A DNA stretch of 64,000 nt, taken from the NCBI GenBank assembly GCA_963820525.1, contig CAWGAA010000001.1:1472001-1536000 (forward strand), read 5' to 3'. The DNA is from an uncultured Spirochaetota bacterium (GTDB lineage: Bacteria > Spirochaetota > Spirochaetia > SZUA-6 > Fen-1364). The notes beneath the pieces are model-generated. The model did no database searches. It saw nothing but the letters and a program-made list of their open reading frames with translations, and had not been told where the DNA came from. Positions within the stretch are counted from its first letter, which is position 1, and every line of letters starts with the position of its first letter. Of the stretch, positions 43,338 through 53,059 are shown one piece after another. Made by a program: the position numbers and the translations under genes.

Positions 43338-44326
43338 CGATGCAGGGCAGTGAAACACCGGCGCCGACGCGCATCCCGGTATCGGAGGAGCGCGCGGGCC
43401 TCAGGGCGGAGGAGTTCCTGGCCCTGGAGCTTCCCCATCTCTCACGCGCGCGCATCAGGCAGAAGATCATGACGGGCGAGTCGCTTCTCAACGGAGGCCG
43501 CTACGCCACTTCCGCGAGATTAAAAGCTGGGGATGAGATTACGGTTTTCTGGCGGGCAAAACCGAAAGATGTGCCCGCCCCGCCCCTTCCCGTCCTTTTT
43601 GAAGACGAGCATATCCTGGCCGTGGACAAACCGGCTGGGATTTGCGTGCACCCCGCGGGCAGGATCCAGTCCGGCACCCTGATCCAGTTCGTCCGGCAGC
43701 GGCACGCACCGGAAGTGGCCGAAAGCCTGGCCAAAGGAGACTCGCGCTTCTATCCCCGCCTCATCCACCGGCTCGACAGGTTCACGAGCGGCATCGTCCT
43801 GGTTGCCAAGCACACGGAGGCGCTGGAGCGGATGCGCGCCCTTGCCGCCGGGGGCGGAATGAGAAAGAGATACACGGCGGTCGTGGAGGGCACAGTGGAG
43901 CCCAGGGAAGGCAGGCTTGAGATGTCGCTCGCCCGGGCGGAGGGAAGCAAGGTGGAAATCAGGATGGAGGTAAGTGCGGACGGGCTTCCCTGCGTCACGG
44001 AGTACCGCGTCCTTCGCCGGCTCGCCGGCCATACCCTTCTCCATGCCTTTCCCCTCACCGGCCGGCAGCACCAGATCCGCGTCCACTTCGCCGCCCTGGG
44101 GCATCCGGTCTGGGGAGACCTCATCTACAAGGACGAGCGGCTGTTCCTCCGGTACTGGAAGAACGGCTGCGTCCTTGACGATTCGCTTCCCCCGCGTCAC
44201 CTCCTGCACGCCGATTGTGTTTCATTCACTCACCCCTTTGCGGGCAAGGAGGTCGAGATCTCGTCGAACCTGCCGGAAGATTTCACGAGAATCCTCGAAG
44301 GCTTGGAGCAGCAGGCGCCCAACTGA
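43334..44326 (+). CDS. RluA family pseudouridine synthase
   Basis: VDKPAG, HRLDRFTSG, TGRQHQIRVH, GD-x-x-Y. Confidence 0.95.
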   Translation: MTMQGSETPAPTRIPVSEERAGLRAEEFLALELPHLSRARIRQKIMTGESLLNGGRYATSARLKAGDEITVFWRAKPKDVPAPPLPVLFEDEHILAVDKPAGICVHPAGRIQSGTLIQFVRQRHAPEVAESLAKGDSRFYPRLIHRLDRFTSGIVLVAKHTEALERMRALAAGGGMRKRYTAVVEGTVEPREGRLEMSLARAEGSKVEIRMEVSADGLPCVTEYRVLRRLAGHTLLHAFPLTGRQHQIRVHFAALGHPVWGDLIYKDERLFLRYWKNGCVLDDSLPPRHLLHADCVSFTHPFAGKEVEISSNLPEDFTRILEGLEQQAPN

Positions 44327-44346
44327 AGTCTTTTGCCTTTATAGCC

Positions 44347-44388
44347 ATGTAAACAATACTTGACATTATGTAAAGTTTAGTATACTTT
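44347..44388 (+). promoter_or_regulatory. promoter with overlapping operator-like repeats
   Basis: ATGTAAA occurs twice; ATGTAAA-N6-TTGACAT inverted pair covers the TTGACA -35. Confidence 0.55.
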
Positions 44389-44398
44389 GCAACTTGTC

Positions 44399-44635
44399 AT
44401 GAAGAAGCCGCAGAATAGGGAGCTCCGCGTCGCCAACAAGTTACGCGAAATGAGGTTCCACAATGGCGAGATGACCCAGGAAGAGCTGGCTTCCAAACTC
44501 GACGTCTCCAGGCAGACGGTGATCGCAATAGAAAATGGAAGGTTCAACCCGTCGATCATGCTCGCCTTGAAGGCGGCGCGTTTCTTCGGCTGTCGCGTCG
44601 AAGACATTTTCACGCTCGCGGAGGTGGAGAAATGA
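44399..44635 (+). CDS. XRE-family HTH regulator
   Basis: MTQEELASKLDVSRQTVIAIENGRFNPS. Confidence 0.93.
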   Translation: MKKPQNRELRVANKLREMRFHNGEMTQEELASKLDVSRQTVIAIENGRFNPSIMLALKAARFFGCRVEDIFTLAEVEK

Positions 44636-44994
44636 CTATCCGTTTCATCTACGAAGGAGCCGTTGGAGCGCTCACCCTGATCATGATCGCCGTTTTCGGG
44701 GCTCAAGGCGGGGCGGTCATCGCGCTCTACGCTTTGCTGCCAATCATTATGAAGTTCGTTAAAACGCGGAAACCCGATGAGAGGGAGCTGCAGCTCTTCT
44801 ATATAACGGGCAATTACAGCATGGGCATTACTTTCGTGATTCTTGTTGCCGTATATTTCCTTGCCCGGCTGCCGGCGTTTTCAGCCCTCGTGAGCACGAA
44901 CTGGCTTTCCATCAGCGTGTCGGCAATCCTGCTTGCCCACTCAGTGATCGGGCTTGTCACCTTCAGGAAAGATCAGGCCGAGAGCGAAGCCTGA
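44632..44994 (+). CDS. small membrane protein coupled to the XRE regulator
   Basis: Four hydrophobic segments, DERE motif, ATGA overlap. Confidence 0.8.
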   Translation: MTIRFIYEGAVGALTLIMIAVFGAQGGAVIALYALLPIIMKFVKTRKPDERELQLFYITGNYSMGITFVILVAVYFLARLPAFSALVSTNWLSISVSAILLAHSVIGLVTFRKDQAESEA

Positions 44995-45138
44995 TCGGGA
45001 TGTGAAGGCGGATCGGGCGAGCGCTGGTTTGGCTCGAGCCGCGCTCGCCGGCTCACCGTATTTCAACTGAATCCCCGCGCTCAGATTGCGCGATCCGGCC
45101 GAGAAGCGCGTCGGTGCCCGCAGCGGGCGGGGCGTGTA

Positions 45139-45694
45139 GTGGAAAGACAGACCCTCGCCATCGACTCGGTGAGCGGGGCAACCGTTTCCAGCAAGGCCAT
45201 CCTCAAGGCAGGCGAGAAAGCGCTGGAAAGCGCGGGAATATGCGGGATGGATCGGGGAAGACCTGTCCGCCCCCGCCCTCGACTTCAAGCAGGCGAAAGC
45301 CGAGGACATCGAGGAGGCGGCGACAATCGTTCTTGGCTCGTCAGTGAAAATGGCCCGGCTCACTCTTTCGCCCTGGATCACGGCGAACTGGAATCTCTTG
45401 ATGAAGAAACGGCTCATCCTTTTCTCAGTGTCGGGCACGCCGCCCCAGGAGGAAAAGGCGCTTCGCGGAATCCTCGCCAACAGCCTTACGCCGGAGAAGC
45501 TCCAGCGCATGGAGTATTTCCCCCTGCACGGGAGGCTCCGAATGTCCTCGCTGCCGTTTTTCATGCGGATCCTTATGAAGGCGATGTCGAAAAAAAGTCA
45601 GAAGCAGGGCACGGAAGATAGGCGCATGGCCGAGTTCGACGGAGTCAAACGGCAAAACATTGAACCCGTGGTGCGGGCGGTGGGAGCTGCTTAA
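45139..45694 (+). pseudogene. FMN-binding domain C-terminal remnant joined to an N-terminally truncated flavodoxin-like gene
   Basis: IDSVSGATVSSKAIL, then in another frame REYAGWIGEDL...IVLGSSV...LILFSV to stop 45694 with no upstream start. Confidence 0.7.
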
Positions 45695-45766
45695 GCCGCG
45701 GGAGCGGCAGAGGGGACGGCGGCGCCGAAGTTGTGGCGCCCCACTTTTCACCCCCGCGCCCGCCCC

Positions 45767-46504
45767 TCACTCCTGCTTCATGGGAAGCCCGGCGAGCTTC
45801 TGCAGGGTGCGCATCAGGGCGGTGCGCACCTCTTCGCTTCCCAGGCTCCTGTTGGAGTCGTGGAAGAGCTGAGTGAAGCTGAAAAGATCATTCTCCAATG
45901 CCTTGAGGCTTCCTACCATGATGGGAACCAGGTCAGCGAGGAAGCGGGAAAGCTCCTGCTCGCGAAGAGTCTCGCGAGCCTTGGCAAGCACGTCCAGAAA
46001 ATGCCCGAGGCAGAAACCGCGGGATGCGCGGAAAACGCCCTGGAACTCGGAATCGCCCTTCCAGAGATAAAGGATCGTGAAGATGTAGCGGTCCAGGTCC
46101 GAGGAGAGCATATCGCAGATGTAGCAGCCGGCCAGAAGCTCCCGCAGGGAGCGGGCCAGGGCATCGAGGCGGTCCGAGGCCGGGTCCTTCGGCCGCCCCT
46201 TTTTCGATTCCTCGGGCTTCACGACGCCTTCCAGCTCAGCCTCCAGTCCGGGCAGCTTCTCCCCGAAGTGAGTATGAACGACCAGGCTGAGGCCCAGCTT
46301 GTTTTCTCCCCGGTAGAGCCTCCTGTAATGATCGGGGCAGAAGCCGATCCTGTTTGTCTGAACGCGAACGCTTGGCTCCATCACCCGCGAGCCCTGGAAG
46401 GACAGGAGGTACGTGTGCTCCACACCGTCGATGAGGGTGCACAACGGGCACTCTCCTCCTTCCTTGTAAGCGTCGTGCACCTTGCTGATCTCGAGCTTCG
46501 CCAT
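45767..46504 (-). CDS. DUF6062-like Cys-motif protein
   Basis: Duplicated CPLC...GFCPDH and CYIC...GFCLGH motifs. Confidence 0.8.
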   Translation of the reverse strand: MAKLEISKVHDAYKEGGECPLCTLIDGVEHTYLLSFQGSRVMEPSVRVQTNRIGFCPDHYRRLYRGENKLGLSLVVHTHFGEKLPGLEAELEGVVKPEESKKGRPKDPASDRLDALARSLRELLAGCYICDMLSSDLDRYIFTILYLWKGDSEFQGVFRASRGFCLGHFLDVLAKARETLREQELSRFLADLVPIMVGSLKALENDLFSFTQLFHDSNRSLGSEEVRTALMRTLQKLAGLPMKQE

Positions 46505-46595
46505 CCGCTGATTCTACTACGGCGTCCCGCCGACGATCTACCTCGCTATCTTCACGTCCTCTGAAGCCGTCTACGCGCGTGTTTTCAGAAAGTTG

Positions 46596-46641
46596 TTGAC
46601 AAGTGATCCGGAGGGTGCTAATATCATACCGACCGGTCGGT
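46596..46641 (+). promoter_or_regulatory. sigma70 promoter and palindromic TetR operator
   Basis: TTGACA-17bp-TAATAT with TGn extension; ACCGACCGGTCGGT at 46628-46641. Confidence 0.75.
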
Positions 46642-46657
46642 TTTAGGAAATCTCAGG

Positions 46658-47266
46658 GTGGGCAAGACACAACAAGCGAGAAGCGAAGTCACTCGGACCC
46701 GCATACTGGAAAGCGCCCTCACGCTCTTTGCCCAGAACGGCTATGAGCCTACGGGCGTGGCTGAAATCTGCGAAAGCTGCGGGATCAGCAAAGGCGCCTT
46801 CTATCACCACTTCCCCACCAAGCAGGCGGTCTTTATCGAGCTTTTAGAAGCCTGGCTCGCCGATCTGGAAAGGGAGATGACGGAGGCGGCCGCGGGGGCG
46901 TCAAGCGTCCCGGATGCGCTGCGAAAGATGGCAACCCGCATGCAGGGGATATTGCAGCTCGCCGACGGCCGGGTTTCGATTTTTCTCGAGTTCTGGAACC
47001 AGGCGCGGCTGGACCCCGAGATCTGGCAGCGCACCATCAAGCCATTCCGTCATTATAGAAAGATTTTCGAGCATCTCATCCGCAGGGGCGTTGAGGAGGG
47101 GTCTTTCCGCGATGTCGATCCGGCCCTGACTTCCCTCACCCTGGTCTCCCTTGCCGTCGGTCTTCTGCTCCAGGGAGTCGTGGACGTGAAGGGTGAGAAA
47201 TGGGATGAAGTGACGGGCCAGGCAGTTGAGTTGTTCCTGCAGTCGATACTTCGGAGGGATCTATGA
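46658..47266 (+). CDS. TetR/AcrR family regulator
   Basis: TRTRILESALTLF...ISKGAFYHHFPTK. Confidence 0.94.
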   Translation: MGKTQQARSEVTRTRILESALTLFAQNGYEPTGVAEICESCGISKGAFYHHFPTKQAVFIELLEAWLADLEREMTEAAAGASSVPDALRKMATRMQGILQLADGRVSIFLEFWNQARLDPEIWQRTIKPFRHYRKIFEHLIRRGVEEGSFRDVDPALTSLTLVSLAVGLLLQGVVDVKGEKWDEVTGQAVELFLQSILRRDL

Positions 47267-49122
47267 CGCTTGTGACGGGCGCGACGGGACACATTGGAAG
47301 CGTGCTTGTGAGAGAGCTTCTCTCGCTGGGTGAGCGGGTCAGGGCTCTCATCCTGCCCGGCGAGGACTGCTCGGGCCTGGAAGACCTCGACATCGAGCGG
47401 GTGGAGGGAAACGTTCTGGACCCCGTGTCCCTCGCCTATGCGATGCGCGGCGTGGACACCGTCTATCACCTTGCGGGCATCATCTCCATCATGCCCGGGA
47501 AAAACGAGGTGATGCGCACGGTGAACGTCGACGGCACGGTCAACGTGGCGCGCGCCGCGCGGGAGGCGGGAGTCCGCCGGATGGTCTACACCAGCTCCAT
47601 CCACGCCCTGGGAAGGCCCCCGCACGGGACGCTCATCGACGAAAGCATCGGATTCGATCCCGGCAATCCGGCAGGTGAGTACGACCGAACGAAAGCGGAG
47701 GCCTCCATTGCTCTCCTGAAGGAAGTGGAGAGCGGCCTCGACGCGGTTCTCGTCTGCCCGACGGGGGTCATCGGTCCCTATGATTTCAGGAGGTCCGAGA
47801 TGGGCCACCTGATCCGCTCCTGGATGAAAAACCGGCCCCACGTGTTCGTCGACGGATGGTTCGACTGGGTGGACGCGCGCGATATCGCCCGCGGCCTCAT
47901 TCTCGCCCGTCGAAACGGAAAAAAGGGTGAAGCCTACATCCTGGGCGGACAGCGCGTTCACCTGGCCGAGCTCCTCGGCATGGTGCAGTCGGAGTGCGGC
48001 ATGCGCGCGCCCGCGGCGCGCATCCCCACCGGGCTCGCACTGTTTTTCGCCCCCCTTGCGGCTCTGTTCTCCCGGTTGACGGGATCCAAGCCCCAATTCA
48101 CCACATACTCCCTCGAAACCGTGCGCAGCAACTCGGTGATCAGCTTCGAGAAGGCGCGCCGCGAGCTCGGCTACTCGCCGCGCCCGTTTGCCGAGACCCT
48201 GCGCGACACCGTGATGTGGTGGCGCTGCCACGAGCGCGCGCAGGCCGCAACAGCTCGCGCGCTTTCCCGTCCCGCGGCCGCAGAAGATCCGGTGGGGCCG
48301 AGCGCGCCCGTCTTCCAGGAATTGGTGGCCGTTGTCACGGGCGCGTCAGGCGGCATTGGCGCGGCCACGGCCGTGGAGTTGGCCGCCAAGGGATACACGG
48401 TCGTTCTGGCGGCGCGCCGCCGGGATCGGCTCGAGGCCCTCGCCCGGGAAATCGAACGCTCGGGAGGAAAAGCCGATGTGGTCCAGGTGGATCTCGCCTC
48501 CGACGATGGTCCGCAGGTCCTGCACCGCCACGTCACTGAAAAGCACGGCGGCGCAGACGTCCTGGTCAACAACGCGGGCTTCGGCTGGTACGGATTCGCC
48601 GAGGAGATGCCGGCGCAGGTTGCGCGGGAAATGATCCAGGTGAACAATTCGGCGCTCGTCCAGCTCACCCTGCTGTTCCTCCCCGAGATGAAGCGGCGGA
48701 GGCGGGGCCATATCATCAATGTAAGCTCGGTGGCAGGCAGCATCCCCAGTCAGGGAGTCGCCGTGTACGCCGCCACGAAAAGCTTCGTCGATTCGCTCAC
48801 CACTGCCCTGTACCGGGAGCTTGGCGGGTCGGGAGTGCGCGTGAGCGCGGTCCGCCCGGGTCCTGTCACGACGGGCTTCTTCAGCACGGCCGCTTCCCTG
48901 CCCTTGGGGCGCGCAATTCCCGCCGAACGTTTCGCCGTTCCTCCGCAGGCGGTGGCAAGAAGAATCAGCGCCCTTCTCGGCCGCCCGCGGCGCGTTACCT
49001 ATGTTCCCCGCGGGCTGGGAATCATCCCCTGGATAGAGGCAAGCTTCGGGTGGCTGTTCGACCTTCTGGGGCCGATCCTCCTGAGGCGACAGTCCCTCGC
49101 CGGAGCGCGCATTCCGCGATAA
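47263..49122 (+). CDS. fusion of an extended SDR (epimerase/DFR-like) and a classical SDR
   Basis: TGATGHIG...YDRTK, then TGASGGIG, NNAG, YAATK. Confidence 0.9.
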   Translation: MTLVTGATGHIGSVLVRELLSLGERVRALILPGEDCSGLEDLDIERVEGNVLDPVSLAYAMRGVDTVYHLAGIISIMPGKNEVMRTVNVDGTVNVARAAREAGVRRMVYTSSIHALGRPPHGTLIDESIGFDPGNPAGEYDRTKAEASIALLKEVESGLDAVLVCPTGVIGPYDFRRSEMGHLIRSWMKNRPHVFVDGWFDWVDARDIARGLILARRNGKKGEAYILGGQRVHLAELLGMVQSECGMRAPAARIPTGLALFFAPLAALFSRLTGSKPQFTTYSLETVRSNSVISFEKARRELGYSPRPFAETLRDTVMWWRCHERAQAATARALSRPAAAEDPVGPSAPVFQELVAVVTGASGGIGAATAVELAAKGYTVVLAARRRDRLEALAREIERSGGKADVVQVDLASDDGPQVLHRHVTEKHGGADVLVNNAGFGWYGFAEEMPAQVAREMIQVNNSALVQLTLLFLPEMKRRRRGHIINVSSVAGSIPSQGVAVYAATKSFVDSLTTALYRELGGSGVRVSAVRPGPVTTGFFSTAASLPLGRAIPAERFAVPPQAVARRISALLGRPRRVTYVPRGLGIIPWIEASFGWLFDLLGPILLRRQSLAGARIPR

Positions 49123-49305
49123 TCGGCGCAAAGCCGCGCTATCCCTCCTTAAAAAAAATGGCGACGTACGCTTCCGCGCTCTCGCGCCGGCTGCCTGGCA
49201 GGACGAAACGCTCCATTGCAGGCACGCCTATTACCCCTTGATCCGCGCTCCCTCTTATGGTATAGAATGGCGTTTTTTTTCGCCAAAATCTGGAAGGAGG
49301 AAACG

Positions 49306-50079
49306 ATGAACAGCGGATCTATCGTCTCCAGTGATGGGGCGCGCATCGCCTACGATGTGACGGGCAAAGGGCCGGCATTGATGCTTCTCCACGGCGCAGG
49401 AAAGACAAGGCGGGACTGGCACTCCCTCGGGTATGTCGATCGGCTGAAGGACGACTTCACGGTCATCACGGTGGACATCCGGGGAATGGGAGAAAGCGGC
49501 TTTTTGACTGAAAAGGCGGACTACGAGATCGGCAGGATCTGCGACGACATCTCGGCTGTCGCCGATGCATGCTCGGCAGAGCGCTTCTCGATCTGGGGGT
49601 ACAGCTTCGGCGGCGGAATCGCACGCTATGCTGCTTCATGCCTTGATTGCGTCACCGCGCTTGCGCTGGTCGGCGTGCCGCTGGGCCCTTCCGTGGATCT
49701 GGAGCTGCAAGGGTTCATCGACGGCTTTCTGAAGAAATGGGGGCCTGTCGCGGCGGCGTACAAAGAGGACACGCTCAGCGAGGAAGAGCGCGCGTCGGCC
49801 GCCAGGGGATCCATTCCCGTCTGGGTTGCGTTCTTTCAAGCGATGCGGGATTGGCCGGACATCGGGCCGCGGGATATTCGATGTCCGACGATTCTTGCAG
49901 TCGGGTCGAAAGACCCGGGGCCGCTCGATTGGGTGATGAAGAACCGTACAACCCTTGACGAAACGGGGATTTGCGTGCAAATCATCGAAGGGCTGAGCCA
50001 CCAACAGGAGTTCGAGGAAATGGAGAAGGTTCTTTCCATAATACTCCCATTCTTGAAGGGCAAGGCAGGAGAGAAGTAG
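49306..50079 (+). CDS. alpha/beta hydrolase
   Basis: LLHG, GYSFGG nucleophile elbow, C-terminal His; GGAGG RBS. Confidence 0.9.
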   Translation: MNSGSIVSSDGARIAYDVTGKGPALMLLHGAGKTRRDWHSLGYVDRLKDDFTVITVDIRGMGESGFLTEKADYEIGRICDDISAVADACSAERFSIWGYSFGGGIARYAASCLDCVTALALVGVPLGPSVDLELQGFIDGFLKKWGPVAAAYKEDTLSEEERASAARGSIPVWVAFFQAMRDWPDIGPRDIRCPTILAVGSKDPGPLDWVMKNRTTLDETGICVQIIEGLSHQQEFEEMEKVLSIILPFLKGKAGEK

Positions 50080-50168
50080 CGCCCATGAGCGCGACCGGGG
50101 TCGGACGCGTTTCGGTGTTTGCTGAGGGATGGTTCTGGCAGCCCGCGGCCTGAAAACCTGGAGGCGTC

Positions 50169-50390
50169 ATGGTGACGATAGCAGCGTCGTTTGGATCGAT
50201 CAGGACCTGGGCTCTCTCGGATATCGACTCGCTGGCGAAATATGCGAACAACAGGAAAGTCTCGATCAACCTTCGGGACGGCTTCCCCTACCCCTACACC
50301 GCGGAGGACGCGAGATCTTTCATCACCTTCGCCCTGGCAAAGAACCCCATGGACCAGCTCCTCTATGCGAGGATAGCGACCCTCCCTTGA
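50169..50390 (+). pseudogene. RimJ/RimL GNAT acetyltransferase with an internal deletion
   Basis: N-terminal ANNRKVSINLRDGFPYPYT joined directly to a C-terminal-like DQLLYA; only 73 aa. Confidence 0.7.
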
Positions 50391-50415
50391 TGATCCTGTC
50401 CGCGGGAGGCGTGCG

Positions 50416-51390
50416 CTACTTCCGCCTGGCCGCTTTGCCGCCCGCCCGACGCTTCGAGCCTGCCTTCGGCTTTGCTGTTTTTTTTGCGGCGGGCTTCGCC
50501 TTGACGGCTGGCTTTGCCTTCGGCTTCGAGGCCTTTTTCACCGCTGATTTTGCCTTGGCGGGCTTTGCCGTGGGTCGGGCTGTTTTTCTAGAGGCCGGAC
50601 GGGCCGATTTCTTGGCGCTGGGGCGCACGGCTCTCTTCAAGGAAGCGGAGCCTGCCTTCAACGAAGCGGAGCCTGCCTTCAGCGCGGCGCGCACGATCCG
50701 CGGAACCGCCTGAGCGGCTTTCAGCCTGTCAACCTGCTTCTCCAGTGACGTCGCGTAGTCCTCGAGGTACTCCAGGACATGGAAGATGTCTTCCATGGCG
50801 CTGTTGTACAGCGCGCGGGCCTTTGCGGGATCCGTCTTGGAAAAGGCGCGAAGGTCATAGTATGCCACGATGGTGTCGTCCTCGCCCGCCACGATGTCGG
50901 CGAGGCGGCTCTTGTGCCGGAGCAGCGCGGCGCCGCCGAACGTAGAACCCGAACGGTACAGCAGATCGCGGCGCGTGGCGTTATATGCCGATCCCTGGAC
51001 CACCTCGCACACCGTCGTGGCCCTCTCTCCCTTGCGCAGGATCGGCTCCCCTTTTCTGAAACGGCGCGTCGGCGCGGAAGGCAGGGGCCGTGGCTTCGGC
51101 GCGAGATCCGCCTGCGAAACCGAAATCCCCTGGGCCCCAGGTGCGCCCCCCAGCCTGTCGTACTGCCCCGAGATCTTCGAAATGTCGGGGCTGGTCAGGG
51201 GATGAAACCTCCCAAACAGCGAGTCGTGTTTGATGTAGGCCTGGTTCTTGGCGATCTTCCACGCCTCGAGGTCGATGTCGGCTTCGGTCGCCCCCATGAT
51301 GTTTTCCCTCACCGGGAAGTCCGAGGTGAAAGCACACCCCGGCGCCGTGCATCTGATCCGGAAGACCACTTCCTTTAGCTTGAACGACAT
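50416..51390 (-). CDS. cNMP-binding domain protein with a Cys/His N-terminal domain and a Lys/Ala/Pro-rich tail
   Basis: FRKGEPILRKGE...FGGAALL...RLADIVA; tail KPAKAKSAVKKASKPKAKP. Confidence 0.8.
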   Translation of the reverse strand: MSFKLKEVVFRIRCTAPGCAFTSDFPVRENIMGATEADIDLEAWKIAKNQAYIKHDSLFGRFHPLTSPDISKISGQYDRLGGAPGAQGISVSQADLAPKPRPLPSAPTRRFRKGEPILRKGERATTVCEVVQGSAYNATRRDLLYRSGSTFGGAALLRHKSRLADIVAGEDDTIVAYYDLRAFSKTDPAKARALYNSAMEDIFHVLEYLEDYATSLEKQVDRLKAAQAVPRIVRAALKAGSASLKAGSASLKRAVRPSAKKSARPASRKTARPTAKPAKAKSAVKKASKPKAKPAVKAKPAAKKTAKPKAGSKRRAGGKAARRK

Positions 51391-51528
51391 TCACGCCTCC
51401 TTTTTTTCGCCCCTCTTTGGTCGCGGGAGGACTTTCACCCGATCCCGCTCGCTTTCAGTATAGCATATCAGGCGACCGACGAGGTAGATGATGGCGCCGG
51501 ATCTCGAGCCGCCGACGCCCTGGCCTCG

Positions 51529-52455
51529 TCACCTCAGGGTGCGTTCGAAGAAAGCCACGATTCTCTCGCTCACCTCCCTGCGGGAAGGCACGGGGCACTC
51601 CAGCAGCCCGGAGGGCACCAGGGCATGGCCGGCGTTCCTCACCAGGATGAGCTCCGCTGAAACTCCCGCTTCCCTGAGCTTGGAGTAGAGCAGCTCGGAT
51701 TGCTCCGGCGGGACGAGCTCGTCGTGGTCTCCCTGGATGAGGAGAAAGGGCGGCGCCGATCCCGATACCCGGAGGGCGGGGCTGCCGTGGATAAGGACGG
51801 AAGATCCCGGATCGTCATCGCCGAACACGCACCGGGCCACCCAGCCCAGCCTCCCCCGAAACAGGGCCGGGAGATCGGTCGGCCCGAACATGTCCACGAC
51901 GCCCTTCACGGGAGGGGGCTCGCCCGGGCACCACGAGCGCCAGTCCTCATCGCCCGCCAGGGCGAAAAGGGAGACGATGTGGCCCCCCGCGCTGGTGCCG
52001 AAAAGCCCGATGGACAGGGGGTCCAGGCCCAGGCCTTCCGAGTTCGCGCGAAGGTAGGCGATCGCGGCGCAAAGATCATGGAGGGGCGCGGGGAAACGAT
52101 ACCGGGGGGCCAGTCGATAGTCGATCGATGCGACCACGAATCCGCGCCGGGCCAAAAGATGCAATTCGCCGACTCCCACCCCCCAGGACCTGGCCCCCGC
52201 GAACCAGGCGCCTCCATGCACGTGGATTATGACAGGCGCCGGCCTCGCCGAGACGCCCTCCGCGACTGCTCCCTCACCAGCCCCGGCGGGAGGAAGGTAG
52301 ATGTCCATGAGAAGCGGCCTGCCGTCCTCCCTCGCGTACTCCACTGTCCGCTTTTCGATGCCTTGCCGAGGCACGGTGACGCACCCGAAGGCGGCCAGGA
52401 CGGAGCCGAGGAGCAAAAGCCGCGCCGCGGCGCCGACTGCTCTTGGAAATGCCAT
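51529..52455 (-). CDS. alpha/beta hydrolase, esterase/lipase (probable lipoprotein)
   Basis: AFGC lipobox, HGGAW, DYRLAP, GTSAGG, GH. Confidence 0.92.
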   Translation of the reverse strand: MAFPRAVGAAARLLLLGSVLAAFGCVTVPRQGIEKRTVEYAREDGRPLLMDIYLPPAGAGEGAVAEGVSARPAPVIIHVHGGAWFAGARSWGVGVGELHLLARRGFVVASIDYRLAPRYRFPAPLHDLCAAIAYLRANSEGLGLDPLSIGLFGTSAGGHIVSLFALAGDEDWRSWCPGEPPPVKGVVDMFGPTDLPALFRGRLGWVARCVFGDDDPGSSVLIHGSPALRVSGSAPPFLLIQGDHDELVPPEQSELLYSKLREAGVSAELILVRNAGHALVPSGLLECPVPSRREVSERIVAFFERTLR

Positions 52456-52456
52456 C

Positions 52457-53032
52457 TCACTTGTCTCCAATATGGAAATGGTGGAACTGCAGAACATCCA
52501 GCTCACGCACCGAATGAAAGCCGGCCTCCGAGATGGCTGAGCGGACCGTCCGTCCGTCCACGCGCCGCTCAAGCGGCGGCCCATGGATCATGGGCTCCCT
52601 CTTCCAATCCACGACGGCGAGCCTGCCTCCCGGGGCCAGCAGCCTGAAAAGCTCAGACAGCATGAGCGGCGGATCCTCCAGCTCGTGGAAGACGTTGATC
52701 ATGTAGGCGAGATCCGCCGAGGAATCGGTCACAGAGATGGCGTTCTCCTGCACGAGAAGCGGCGTCACCGCGCCGCGAGCCTCGGCCGGGAGGTTCTTCT
52801 CCATCCAATCCACCATTTCAAGGGATACATCGCAGGCGTAGAGCGTGCCGCCGCGCGCCAGCCGGGAGGCGAACCGAACAGAGAAGAAACCGGTCCCCGC
52901 GCCCACGTCGATGACGGTCAGCGGCTGCGTGACGCCGAAACCGGTCCACAGGGCATCGGGATCGAGCACCTTCTCCCTTTCCGGGTCGTTCAGCCGAGCC
53001 AGGTGCGCTGGATCGAACTTGCGCGCCGACAT
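52457..53032 (-). CDS. class I SAM-dependent methyltransferase
   Basis: IDVGAGTGFFS, LAPGG, GPPLERR. Confidence 0.92.
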   Translation of the reverse strand: MSARKFDPAHLARLNDPEREKVLDPDALWTGFGVTQPLTVIDVGAGTGFFSVRFASRLARGGTLYACDVSLEMVDWMEKNLPAEARGAVTPLLVQENAISVTDSSADLAYMINVFHELEDPPLMLSELFRLLAPGGRLAVVDWKREPMIHGPPLERRVDGRTVRSAISEAGFHSVRELDVLQFHHFHIGDK

Positions 53033-53059
53033 CTCACTTCCTCCGCACGGGGGACGACC

